From NCBI GenBank assembly GCA_964486045.1, contig CAZALK010000016.1, positions 67,853-131,852 on the forward strand: DNA of 64,000 nucleotides, in the 5' to 3' direction. The stretch comes from an uncultured archaeon. GTDB lineage: Archaea; Asgardarchaeota; Lokiarchaeia; Sigyniarchaeales; SOKP01. Of this stretch, positions 11,070 to 21,282 are shown one piece after another (position 1 is the first letter of the stretch; each line of letters starts with the position of its first letter). The notes under the pieces are model-generated. The model was not told where the DNA came from. It saw nothing but the letters and a program-made list of their open reading frames with translations, and made no database searches. The position numbers and the translations under genes were made by a program.

Positions 11070-11828
11070 ATGGTTAAAAAAAGAAGAAAACGTTTAAGAC
11101 GTGGTCATCCAGTAGCAATTCTTATTGGTTTACATGATAAAGACGCTGTATTTTGGAGAATATTCAGTGAGGCAATTAGATTTCACCTCAAAATAAATCG
11201 TGGAAGGAAGAGAAAAAATCAAAATAAAAAGCAATTATATCATTTCCATGAAGAAATCATTAATACATTAAGACCTATAATTAACGAAGGTATCAGAAGT
11301 GTAATACTTCTCTCCCCTCAAAAACAAGAATATTCAGATGAGTTTCTTAATCACGTTAATAAACATCATTTATGGCTATTAAAAAAAGGAGATAAACAGG
11401 TTGTTTTTTCTAAGATCATAGGTCATCAGGCAAAGAATCTAAGGGATGTGTATTACCTAAAAAGACAAGAATATTTTAAAGATATAATTGATGAAACCTC
11501 AAATCAAGAGGGATTGTTGATATTAGAGGAACTGAGAGAAATTATTAACAAAAATAAAGAATCCTCAAAGATTCTTTATGCATGGAGAGAAATTGATTAT
11601 GAGTTAAGACTTATTTTGAGAAATCCTAATTTAACTAAGCCAAATTATATTATTCTAACTGAAGAATATCTAAAAAATCCAAAAAATAGAAATAAAACAC
11701 ATCGAATTTTACAAATCGCAAAAAATCTTGAAATTAAAACCAAAATCGTTAGTCAAGAATCCGAGGCGGGTGTAATCGTAGACCAATTTGGAGGATTAGT
11801 ATGTTATTTTAAATCAAAGTTAAGTTAA
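11070..11828 (+). CDS. eRF1/Pelota-like protein comprising domains 2-3 only
   Basis: C-terminus ILQIAKNLEIKTKIVSQESEAGVIVDQFGGLVCY matches the eRF1/Pelota domain-3 pattern; the middle resembles domain 2; no GGQ or NIKS. Confidence 0.6.
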   Translation: MVKKRRKRLRRGHPVAILIGLHDKDAVFWRIFSEAIRFHLKINRGRKRKNQNKKQLYHFHEEIINTLRPIINEGIRSVILLSPQKQEYSDEFLNHVNKHHLWLLKKGDKQVVFSKIIGHQAKNLRDVYYLKRQEYFKDIIDETSNQEGLLILEELREIINKNKESSKILYAWREIDYELRLILRNPNLTKPNYIILTEEYLKNPKNRNKTHRILQIAKNLEIKTKIVSQESEAGVIVDQFGGLVCYFKSKLS

Positions 11829-11938
11829 TTTTTTACGTACCATTTTCGTTTATAAATTAGTATCCATAGAGTTAAAATAATCTAAAATTGTTTTAAATCA
11901 ATAATTTGTTAATTATATAATTAGTAGGTGTGTAAATA

Positions 11939-12232
11939 TTGGCCTCAACTGATGAACCTCAAAAGATAAAAATTGGTGGAGCAGGGATAGCTAGTCTTTT
12001 ATTAATCCCAACCATAGTTTTTATATTCTGCTTATCGATCACATATATATTTCCAAATGTAATACCACCCGGAAATTTGGTGTTTACACCCAAAATTGAC
12101 CCTGCGTCTGGTCAACCACTAAGTTTGGACCCATTAACATCTTTAATAGTGTCTTTGACTAATGGCGCTGTTTATGCTTCTACAGTAATATTGATAGAAG
12201 TTATATATGTAGTAAGGCGACGATCTAAATAG
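11939..12232 (+). CDS. Small two-TM membrane protein
   Basis: Two hydrophobic helices, basic C-tail, AGGTG upstream. Confidence 0.6.
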   Translation: MASTDEPQKIKIGGAGIASLLLIPTIVFIFCLSITYIFPNVIPPGNLVFTPKIDPASGQPLSLDPLTSLIVSLTNGAVYASTVILIEVIYVVRRRSK

Positions 12233-12235
12233 TGA

Positions 12236-13510
12236 TTACTGGAATCTTTCGTTTGTAAGTTTAGGACTTTTAACATTTCGGGATATATAGATCAAAAGTG
12301 TTAAGATAACGAGTCCAAAAATCCCAAGAAACAAGAAAATTGAATAAATATTTATTTCAGAAACAAATCCAGCAATTATAGGAGTAAACCCGAAACCAGC
12401 CCCTATTAAAATCTCATTTATTGTTGCGTACTTTGAAGTATCCTGGGCTGTTCCATATTCAAGCATTATTTTCATAGCCGTGCCATGAATAAGACCTAAG
12501 AAAAGTCCAACAAATGCAGTTAGTATTGAAATATATATAATATTTCTTAGGAATAGAATGAGTAAGGCAAAAACAACAATAAAAAATAAGCCTGAAAATG
12601 ATGCAAATTTTCTCTTGTACGTGTTCATCGAATTTATCCAGGTTAAACCAATCAGCTGCGTTGATTGTACCCCACATTGAACTAAATAGGTTAAATACGA
12701 GGGACTATCGAAGGCTTTTATAAAAAGAGGGTAACTAAAAGCAAAACTTGATTTTGAAATTGTTAAGATTAAAATCCCAAACCATGAGAACAAAATTGGG
12801 TAGACAACCATAGGTGTATTTCGATTTACAGTTAAATCTTCTTCTATATCTAAATGAGATAGAGGGTCTTCTGTCTGATAAATTACTTTATTTGTTGAAA
12901 TATGATTTTTAGAATCTTTGCTTATGAAAAAACTTGCAGGAATTAATAGAAATGACAAACTCCAAGAGATAACCATTGCATAGTAATCACTCCAAGAGAA
13001 TGCCAAAAAAAAGCCAACAATAAGACCAAAGATAAACCCAAAATTCCAAGATACATTAAATAAAGCAAAATTCTTTTTTGATTTCTCAATGCTACTTTTT
13101 TTTTGCCATTTACTTAATAAATTAAGACAATTTGGCCAAAAAAATCCCATTGTTAATCCTAACGAAACTCTACATAAAATTAAAAACCATGCTTGTGGAA
13201 AAAATATTTGAGCACCTGTTAGTAGGGGTGTTGTAACGGAAGAAAAAATAAGAGCTTTTCGAATTCCAAAAAATTTTTTGGTTATATATTGGCCTAAGAT
13301 CGGAGCAAAAATATAACTGATAGCCCCAGCTGATGAAATAAAGCCCAGAGTGCTCTTACGAATATCTATAATAAATAATAAATAATTAGATAGGGCTCTT
13401 TCAAAAATCGCAACATAAAATAACCTAATAAATGAAAGCAAGAAGACTGGCCAGGTTCGATAACTCAAGGAAGAAAAGTCTTTAGTCGCATTTGTTTTTG
13501 AGTTCAGCAC
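12236..13510 (-). CDS. MFS transporter
   Basis: About 12 TM segments in two halves with a central hydrophilic loop. Confidence 0.85.
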   Translation of the reverse strand: MLNSKTNATKDFSSLSYRTWPVFLLSFIRLFYVAIFERALSNYLLFIIDIRKSTLGFISSAGAISYIFAPILGQYITKKFFGIRKALIFSSVTTPLLTGAQIFFPQAWFLILCRVSLGLTMGFFWPNCLNLLSKWQKKSSIEKSKKNFALFNVSWNFGFIFGLIVGFFLAFSWSDYYAMVISWSLSFLLIPASFFISKDSKNHISTNKVIYQTEDPLSHLDIEEDLTVNRNTPMVVYPILFSWFGILILTISKSSFAFSYPLFIKAFDSPSYLTYLVQCGVQSTQLIGLTWINSMNTYKRKFASFSGLFFIVVFALLILFLRNIIYISILTAFVGLFLGLIHGTAMKIMLEYGTAQDTSKYATINEILIGAGFGFTPIIAGFVSEINIYSIFLFLGIFGLVILTLLIYISRNVKSPKLTNERFQ

Positions 13511-13615
13511 AATAATAAGCTAATAATGTATAAATTAAATTGGATAATAGTGTGTACTTCAAATACTTTCCTAAAATCGTTCTGCGACTAATATAACTTA
13601 ATTTTTACTATTTTA

Positions 13616-15856
13616 TCACGATCCTAATAGGTGATTTAATTCTTTTTCGATAGGTTTAGCGTTTTCAATGGAAGAACTTCCATTTACAAATAAAATATCT
13701 AATTCAACATCATCCAAATTTTCTTCAATAATCTTTTTATCGAGTTCTAAGTCAATAGCAATAACTGAACGCCATACAACTCCCACATGAACTTCATCAA
13801 TCGTTCCTGTAATAATAATGTAATCCCTTCCATTTTCTCGAATTTTATAAATCTTTTCAACAAATATTCCTAAAAGATAATTAAATGTCTCAATTAAATC
13901 CGCATTAATAACTTTTGATTTATTATTTTCTAGGATTTTAAATTTATATCGAAATGGGTTATCAATTTCAGCAAATTGAAGATTATCTTTATTAATCTGA
14001 ATATTAAACACCGCATTCTCTAAGGCATCCTCAAATTGTTCTAAATAATGATACTTGAAAAATCCTCTATTCTCAGTGTTAATTTTTTTTGAAATACCGG
14101 ATTTTTCTCCTTTTAATACGCTTTTCATCCTTGGCAAAATGAAATCTTCAAATTGAGAGCCACTTTCAACTCCAATCCATTTTCTGTTTAGTTTATGTGC
14201 TGTCGCGATAGTAGTTCCTGACCCTAAAAAAAAATCTAAAACAACATCTCTCTCTTTCGATCCACTTTCAATAACTCTTTGTAATAATTCTTCAGAGTTT
14301 TCGGTTGAAAATTTGTGAACTTGAGAATAACCGGGTATATCTAACCAGTCATTTCGGACTGGTTCTACATCATAAAATAATTCAGGTTTTTCATTTATGG
14401 TATTACCTAAACAATCTATATATTTTTTATCTTTATTTATTCTAACCTTTCCTTTTTGTTCGAACTGGTTGATCCTCTCTTGAGATAAACCCCATCTTCT
14501 ATTTTTAGGGGGATAATATTTTTTACCTAGAACAGTTCTGGGGTTTTCATTTGGTCTAGGAAAATCTAGGAGTTCATACCATTTAGGTTCCTTTCTTGGT
14601 AGTTCTACTTGATTGAAGTAATAATCGTTAGTAATAGAATAAAAAAAAAGACTCTCTGTTTGTTGAATAAATGGCTTTTTTCTTTGTTGTTTAGCTCTTG
14701 TTTTATTAATCACAATTTCATTTCGGAAATTAGATTTTCCAAACACCATATCCAAGAGGAATCTGGTAAAATGGTTCCCATGATTGTCGATTCTGACAAA
14801 AATAGCTCCATGTTTGTTAAGGATGTCTTTTGCTTTGATTAAACGATTAAACATCATAACTAACCAGGAAGATCCTAGATAATCGTTTTTATAGAGGGGC
14901 TCATCCTTCCCGGTGTTGAATGGTGGATCCAAGTAGATAAGATTTACCGTTTTGTCCCATTTTTTCATAACCAAGTTTAACGCTTGAAAATTATCGCTTT
15001 TAATGAGTACGCCATCTAAAATATCATCTAAATTATTGTTTTGTGATATTTCGCTAATTAAATCCCATTTAAACTCCTCATCAAAATATTTTGTATCAAT
15101 AGGAAGTGATCTTCCTGTTATTGTAGTTAAATTATTTAATTGAATGTTAAAAATCGTGTTCCATTCTTTCAATTGTTTCTTATTACTCAAAATTTGGTTT
15201 TCAATTTTTATTAAGAAATCTACTCCGGCATATTCCTCTATTTTGTCAAGTGAAATAACGTACTCTGTTTTTAAGATAAGAGGTTTTTTATTCCATATTT
15301 TTAATTGAAAAATCTCTATTTGATTCAATAGTTCAATAATCTGATTAGCATTTTGTTTTATTTTCTTAGCCCTTTTGAAGCGAGATTGAAGAACATTAAA
15401 TTCTAAACCATACATTTCAACAATATCGATGACTTCATTCCTAATAAAAAAATCTAATTCTTGTTCAAGAAATTCTTTTAGATCTTTATGAATATAATAA
15501 TCATAAACAATATTCTTACCGGTAGGGTGTAGAAGATCTAAAGATTTCACATAATACTGATCTTTATTGGCCCATTGTAATAAAATTTGTTCTCCATTAT
15601 AACGATTCATCCGTTTTTCGTATTCACAAAAAATTCCATTCTTATAATATTTCGAAAAGAATTCTAGAAGAAAATAAAAAATCTCATTTGCTTCTTCCTC
15701 GGGGAGAATTAACGGGATTAAACCTTGGATGAGATTTTGAATTTTTTGTTTCTTAAACACCAAAATTTTATAAATGCCAGATTTAAGACCCAGGTTTTCG
15801 AATTGAAATATTTCTAAGAATTTAATTTTAAAGGTTTCTTGAGTTAAATTGTGCAT
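13616..15856 (-). CDS. Site-specific DNA (N6-adenine) methyltransferase, type III Mod-like
   Basis: IYLDPPFNTG catalytic motif before VLDFFLGSGTT SAM motif (beta class); WANKDQYYVKS and DLIETFNYLLG segments typical of type III Mod proteins. Confidence 0.88.
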   Translation of the reverse strand: MHNLTQETFKIKFLEIFQFENLGLKSGIYKILVFKKQKIQNLIQGLIPLILPEEEANEIFYFLLEFFSKYYKNGIFCEYEKRMNRYNGEQILLQWANKDQYYVKSLDLLHPTGKNIVYDYYIHKDLKEFLEQELDFFIRNEVIDIVEMYGLEFNVLQSRFKRAKKIKQNANQIIELLNQIEIFQLKIWNKKPLILKTEYVISLDKIEEYAGVDFLIKIENQILSNKKQLKEWNTIFNIQLNNLTTITGRSLPIDTKYFDEEFKWDLISEISQNNNLDDILDGVLIKSDNFQALNLVMKKWDKTVNLIYLDPPFNTGKDEPLYKNDYLGSSWLVMMFNRLIKAKDILNKHGAIFVRIDNHGNHFTRFLLDMVFGKSNFRNEIVINKTRAKQQRKKPFIQQTESLFFYSITNDYYFNQVELPRKEPKWYELLDFPRPNENPRTVLGKKYYPPKNRRWGLSQERINQFEQKGKVRINKDKKYIDCLGNTINEKPELFYDVEPVRNDWLDIPGYSQVHKFSTENSEELLQRVIESGSKERDVVLDFFLGSGTTIATAHKLNRKWIGVESGSQFEDFILPRMKSVLKGEKSGISKKINTENRGFFKYHYLEQFEDALENAVFNIQINKDNLQFAEIDNPFRYKFKILENNKSKVINADLIETFNYLLGIFVEKIYKIRENGRDYIIITGTIDEVHVGVVWRSVIAIDLELDKKIIEENLDDVELDILFVNGSSSIENAKPIEKELNHLLGS

Positions 15857-15996
15857 TTATTCCCTACTCTTACAAACATTTATTTAGAAAATGATAGCTT
15901 ATTAATTTAGTTGAAGCAAATTTTTATCTTTTTCTTGAAAGACATGCTATTCTAAATTAAAACAAATTTCAATGTTCTGAGGAGTTTGAAAGTGTA

Positions 15997-16035
15997 TTTG
16001 GACTAGGATGAAAGCTAGATTCATCCTAGTCCAAA
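15997..16035. repeat. Perfect 16-bp inverted repeat, 7-nt loop (terminator or operator)
   Basis: TTTGGACTAGGATGAA (15997-16012) / TTCATCCTAGTCCAAA (16020-16035). Confidence 0.85.
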
Positions 16036-16211
16036 AAATGGATTTTGGAACAAGTAGTGAAAATATATTTAATAACGTAAAATTTACATTATTAATATAT
16101 TTATAGAAGGATTTGTATATAAATCTTAGTTTTTATGCAATTTTTGGAAATTGTGTGTTAATCCTTACTTTGAAAAATGATGCTGTTTTTTTAAAATTCG
16201 GAAAAACATGC

Positions 16212-16778
16212 TTATTTTCTGATTTTTTTATTCATTTCTAAAGCTAACTTGGTGAAGATATCATCAACACCAGTACCTAATTTAGCACTTGTCTCGTCAA
16301 ATGAACAAGCTCTAATATCTTGTTTAAGAGAATCGGATTCTTCAACAGAAATAATTTTATCATCAATTAGATCACATTTATTTCCAACTAAAACATTGGG
16401 AATATATCCGGATGTGGTTTCTACTTCTTGTTTCCAATTTTCAATATGATTAAAAGTTTCTTTTCGAGTTAAATCAAAAACATAGATGATACCTTGTGTA
16501 CCTTTGTAAAACGCACGCCTGACCCACTTGAAATGATCTTGACCGGCTAAATCCCATATTTGTAAAGAAATAAAATTATTGGTCTCAGGGATTTTCACAT
16601 TTTTCACAAAAAAATTAGCCCCTATAGTAGACTCTACGTTTGACAGGAATCGTTTCTCGAGATACTGAAAGAGTAATGTGCTTTTCCCTACTCCAAAATC
16701 TCCGACAATACATACTTTGTAATAGGGCGTCTTCAAGCTCATTTTTTTGTATAAAGTGAGAAATATATTTTGAATCAA
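16212..16778 (-). CDS. Rab-like small GTPase
   Basis: G1 GDFGVGKS, G2 TIG, G3 WDLAGQ, G4 NKCD, G5 TSAK; no C-terminal prenylation Cys. Confidence 0.93.
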   Translation of the reverse strand: MIQNIFLTLYKKMSLKTPYYKVCIVGDFGVGKSTLLFQYLEKRFLSNVESTIGANFFVKNVKIPETNNFISLQIWDLAGQDHFKWVRRAFYKGTQGIIYVFDLTRKETFNHIENWKQEVETTSGYIPNVLVGNKCDLIDDKIISVEESDSLKQDIRACSFDETSAKLGTGVDDIFTKLALEMNKKIRK

Positions 16779-17048
16779 ATTTGAAATTAAATTATAATAT
16801 GTTTAAATTCATCAATTGATATCAAGATAATGTATTATTAAATCATGTATATGGGTCATTTTTGGTTTCAGATGTGAATATCATTGTTATCATTACTTTT
16901 CAAATATAATATTGATTTCAAACTAACTCTGTTATTTATAGAAAACTATATTACGGTGGAATTCTTAAGAATCATGATTGGTTCATTTTTTTAGAATGCC
17001 CCAATTTTGTAATGAACAAACTTTTAGGAAAGTACCAAGGTTGTATCG

Positions 17049-17303
17049 ATGGTAAAAGGAACTGTAAAATGGTTTAATAGTAAGAAAGGCTATGGGTTTA
17101 TTACCCCAGATGATGGATCTCCAGATGTTTTCGTGCATTATAGTACAATTAAAGGGGAATCAGAAGAATTTAAGATAATTTATGAAGGAGACATTGTGGA
17201 ATACGAGATCACAGAAGGAAAAAAGGGCCCACAAGCCAGTGACGTCACGGTAACTCAGAAAGGACCTCGTATGAGTTCCGGTAGCCGAAAATCATTTTAT
17301 TAA
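17049..17303 (+). CDS. cspA: Cold-shock domain protein
   Basis: GTVKWFN, KGYGFI, DVFVH and KGPQA motifs. Confidence 0.95.
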   Translation: MVKGTVKWFNSKKGYGFITPDDGSPDVFVHYSTIKGESEEFKIIYEGDIVEYEITEGKKGPQASDVTVTQKGPRMSSGSRKSFY

Positions 17304-17530
17304 ATAAATTTATTTATTAAATAAAAAGGTTAAGTAAAGTACTAAGAATAAGGAATTTTGCAAGATAAGAAATACATGATAAGGGTTAAGTAAGCTTCTT
17401 CTTTCGATTGTTTTACGTCTTACATATTCCATTTTTTTTTATTTCGTTTGAAGTTGAGGTTAAAATATAAAGATAATATTTTTAATTCAAGTTAGGAATA
17501 GAGAAAAAAAATAATTTCCGTATTAGATTT

Positions 17531-18679
17531 TTATTGCAACATTTGAGTGAATGTTTTGTTACCAATTAATTGCTTGTCTGGAGGTATATTGTCCCGTACT
17601 TTTTCCATTTTAAGTGCACCATCTGGGCAATTTGCAGCACAAACACCACAACCTATACAAATTTCTTCTCTTAAAACCATCTTTTCATCAGATGAATCAG
17701 GTTCAACTGGAAATTTATGATATATGGCTTTTTGAGGACATTTTTTCATACACGTCTCACATTTGTTACAAAGATCATAATCCCACTTAGGAGTATAATT
17801 TGATTGGTAAGCACCTCTTTCATGAAATAATCTTGGTGGATATATCACCCCACAATGACAACCACAACAATTACAGATAAACATTGAAGATTGCTCTCCT
17901 TTATCAAAAATTGCGTTATGAACCAAGCCTGCTTTCTCTGTTTCTTTAAGAAAATTAATCGCTTCTTCCTTATTTAACAATCTCGCGCCGCGTATTTTAC
18001 CATCAATGAGCATTTGGCTCGCAGGTCCTGCTATAAAACATCCCATCTCAGAAGGAGCTACTTTGCATGGTTCTCCTGACAGTTCGCCTATTAGACGACA
18101 TTGACAGGTTATTACTGCAAATTGTTCATGTTTATCAATTAGATTCTTTACTGTTTCATAGGGTAAGGTTTGGGATTCAACATCAAAATCCTCATTGATT
18201 TCGATTAATTTTTCATTAGCTTCTAACGGAAGCAATGGTCGAAAAAGACTCCATCCATTTCCCTTCCCCTTATCCGTTAAGTTACCTCGTTGAGGAACTA
18301 ATTCCTTAAAGAGATCCCAATATAAGTTAGCCGCTTTTTTTATGTTTTCCTCAGTATCTCTACTCCTTTGAAAATATTTTTCAAATATTCCAGGTAGAAG
18401 AGGTTCAAGGCAATATTTTGTCCCTTTTCTAGAAATTGTACCAGTTATAATAGGTCTTCTCAATAATTTTTTGATTTCATCCTTGGGTAAACCAGATCTC
18501 TCTGATAATTGTTTTAATGAATTATATTCGTCAGCAGGTCCAAAATGAGATATTAACTTTATTTCTTCCTCTTTCCAAAATATTTTAAGTAGTTTTTTTA
18601 TTTTTCTGTGTTTGGGTGTAGTCAAAGGACCCAATGTTAATTTTTGTCTTACTAATTCATAATCATCTATTTCTGACAT
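17531..18679 (-). CDS. 4Fe-4S dicluster protein with N-terminal HTH-like region
   Basis: CQCR, GLVH..ICNCCGCHC and two CxxCxxCxxxCP motifs. Confidence 0.85.
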   Translation of the reverse strand: MSEIDDYELVRQKLTLGPLTTPKHRKIKKLLKIFWKEEEIKLISHFGPADEYNSLKQLSERSGLPKDEIKKLLRRPIITGTISRKGTKYCLEPLLPGIFEKYFQRSRDTEENIKKAANLYWDLFKELVPQRGNLTDKGKGNGWSLFRPLLPLEANEKLIEINEDFDVESQTLPYETVKNLIDKHEQFAVITCQCRLIGELSGEPCKVAPSEMGCFIAGPASQMLIDGKIRGARLLNKEEAINFLKETEKAGLVHNAIFDKGEQSSMFICNCCGCHCGVIYPPRLFHERGAYQSNYTPKWDYDLCNKCETCMKKCPQKAIYHKFPVEPDSSDEKMVLREEICIGCGVCAANCPDGALKMEKVRDNIPPDKQLIGNKTFTQMLQ

Positions 18680-18821
18680 AGATCATAACAAGAGTGATAA
18701 TTATAAAAATATTATCTAAGGTAATTCTATAGAAAAAAGTTCTAATCTTTTATTACATTAATCTTTAATACCCTTTTTATAATCCTCTCGAAACTCTAAG
18801 TTTAAGTGAAATAAATTCATT

Positions 18822-19406
18822 TCATTTATTCTTATAATCTTTTCCTATACTAAATGCCTTCCCTAAATGTTCTCCAATTTTCCAATAGTTGTTATCAATT
18901 GAGAATATGAACGGTTTTACTTTTGTAATATCTGGTATTTCGTTTTTAAGATAATAATCGTCTGCGTAAGCGTTGATCACTTTTCCAATAAATATTTCGT
19001 GACCTTTTTCAGTATCGGTCAAATCCTTTGTAGCAATACATTTCAAAACTTTGCATTCCATATTTATAGGAGCACGGGTTATCATGGGGGCTGTCTTTAA
19101 ATCTCCGTAAAAAACTTCAAAGACTTCTGATTTATCTATTGCCTTTCCGGATTTTAATCCAACATAATCAGCTACTTCAACCATCCCTTCTGATGGAATA
19201 TTAATACTAAAAGTCCCGTTTTCTTTAATACCGATGTTAGTATAGTGAGTTTCATATGAAGAAATAGCAAATAAGGGAGGTTTGTATTCCACAACGTTAA
19301 CCCAGGCCAAAGCCATAAAGGTAGGTTTTCCATTTACGTTTGCGCCAATAATTGATACGGGCATAGGATACAAATAAACTCCAGGACGAATTTTATTTTT
19401 GGACAT
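18822..19406 (-). CDS. Flavin reductase-like (flavoredoxin) protein
   Basis: LYPMPV..IG, FSINIP, G.KSG..DK, AP....P...ECK and HEIFIG motifs. Confidence 0.9.
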   Translation of the reverse strand: MSKNKIRPGVYLYPMPVSIIGANVNGKPTFMALAWVNVVEYKPPLFAISSYETHYTNIGIKENGTFSINIPSEGMVEVADYVGLKSGKAIDKSEVFEVFYGDLKTAPMITRAPINMECKVLKCIATKDLTDTEKGHEIFIGKVINAYADDYYLKNEIPDITKVKPFIFSIDNNYWKIGEHLGKAFSIGKDYKNK

Positions 19407-19525
19407 TTTATATCGTAAAACTCACTTTTATAATTTTAATAATTAAATTACTTGAACTTAATATTTTCTATCTATTAAAGATTGGAAAATTTGGGTGGTG
19501 ATTTCTCGTTAAAAAAAATTTCTAA

Positions 19526-21052
19526 TTATAATTTGTAAGTATCACCATCTTTCATTAAGATTGCATTATCAATATTATCCTTGAACCATTCAGGATTGTC
19601 AGTGTGAACGGGAATGACAAAATCAGGATCAATTGTGTCGATTGCCCAAAGTAAATCTTTTCTTGAAGCATGTCCAGAAGCATGAAATCCCTTCATGAAC
19701 TTTGGCTTTTCCTTCCCTTCTTCTTCCACGATTTCAAATCCATAAATATCAAATCCGAAAAATTTAAGCCAGTTGTTCAATCGTACAAAATCAAATTCAG
19801 ATTCTTCTGTAAAAGCTTCACTTGAAGAATAAATATAGGATCCTTTATCCGGTTTAATATCTAATAAGTTTTTGATATCAAAAAGTGAAAAACATATCAT
19901 GAAATTATCAGGATTTTTTGAGATCTCCGCAGGATCCAAATAATTTAATTCTCTTTCTTCATTAATAAGGAAATTTTCCCACCCTTTAGAGGTTGATTTT
20001 AAACCACCGTATATCCCAATATTTTTTATCCTATCAATTGCATCAGCTTTTTCGAGTGCTTTTAGTAAGTATGCATCTTTTGGTGTGATAATAAGAGTTC
20101 TATCAATTTTTGTGGCAATAGAATCAAACATTTCCAGTCTTTCAAAATTTCGAGCCGTGAAATCTGCTATGATAAGTCCATCTGCTTCTTCAGCAGTAGT
20201 TAAACATTTTTCATAAACAGCCTGCTCAGATTCGTATATATCTTCTCTAGCAGCCCTAGTTCCTTCGATTATTAGGATAGAGGCCATTTTAGCTTTTTGA
20301 ATAAATTTTTCACTGCTTTTCCTCTTTTTACCATGGAGTCGAAAATCCCCTGAATAAGCGATAGTAAGATCACCAGAAACTATGTAAGCAGTGGCACCAT
20401 AAATGGAATGATCAACCTCAAAAGCTTTAATTTCAAAATTAGAGGAAAAATCATTAAGAGATGTTAGATTCCCTTCATTCAATTTAGTCCTACTTTTAGT
20501 ACTTAAGTGAAGGAACTCTTGGAATTTTTCAGAATAAGACTCTGTACAAACGAAATCTCGTCCATAATCTTTAAACTTTATTGACTTTAAAATTCGTTTA
20601 TCTTTATCTGGTACCTTTAATGAAAAATAAGCTATGTCTGAACCTAGCATTGCAGAAGAACAATCTAGCATTGATTTGAGTAACATGATAGTAGAAGGTG
20701 AGGCAATAATTGGGTAATCTGGTTTAAGTAATCCAATATTCCCACAGTGATCCATATGTGCGTGGCTAAGAAGTACAGCCTTCACATTTAAAGAAGGAAA
20801 TGAGGAAAAATCGATATCTACGGGGATTAAGTCTTTTCGATATACCTTAAGTTTAGGAATTAGATTTAGGTGAATTAGATCATGAATACCTCGTGGTTTT
20901 CTAGGAGATATAAATTCTTGGAAAAAATCTCCATATTTTTTAAAATTCATACCAAAATCAAGAAAAAGACCTTCCCCACTTTCTTCAATATAAATTTTGT
21001 TTCCTCCAATTGTATTATTACCATCATAAACAGTTACGTTCATTTTTCTCAA
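19526..21052 (-). CDS. Beta-CASP/RNase J-like MBL-fold nuclease
   Basis: TIGGNK, LDFG, SHAHMDH, VDHS, YSGDFR, HASGHA and PVHT motifs. Confidence 0.85.
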   Translation of the reverse strand: MRKMNVTVYDGNNTIGGNKIYIEESGEGLFLDFGMNFKKYGDFFQEFISPRKPRGIHDLIHLNLIPKLKVYRKDLIPVDIDFSSFPSLNVKAVLLSHAHMDHCGNIGLLKPDYPIIASPSTIMLLKSMLDCSSAMLGSDIAYFSLKVPDKDKRILKSIKFKDYGRDFVCTESYSEKFQEFLHLSTKSRTKLNEGNLTSLNDFSSNFEIKAFEVDHSIYGATAYIVSGDLTIAYSGDFRLHGKKRKSSEKFIQKAKMASILIIEGTRAAREDIYESEQAVYEKCLTTAEEADGLIIADFTARNFERLEMFDSIATKIDRTLIITPKDAYLLKALEKADAIDRIKNIGIYGGLKSTSKGWENFLINEERELNYLDPAEISKNPDNFMICFSLFDIKNLLDIKPDKGSYIYSSSEAFTEESEFDFVRLNNWLKFFGFDIYGFEIVEEEGKEKPKFMKGFHASGHASRKDLLWAIDTIDPDFVIPVHTDNPEWFKDNIDNAILMKDGDTYKL

Positions 21053-21282
21053 TTTAGCTTGATTTTACTTATTATCCTAGAAGAAGTTCTTCAATTTTAG
21101 AATACTATTTTCCCTTATTCTTAACAATTATATACACTTATATAAAAACATGGCTTATGTAAGTTTTTAATTTAATTTTCAGAATTTATTGTCGATTATT
21201 TTGCATTTAAATTTAAAATACTAAAAGAGTTTTTTATTGTTAAAAGATAATTATCTAAATAGACAAGAATAATAGCAGAATC

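Noticed and set aside
15997-16035. Hairpin containing ATGA as a possible SECIS
   Set aside because: The stem is fully Watson-Crick paired with no tandem GA core, and the upstream GTPase has no in-frame TGA.
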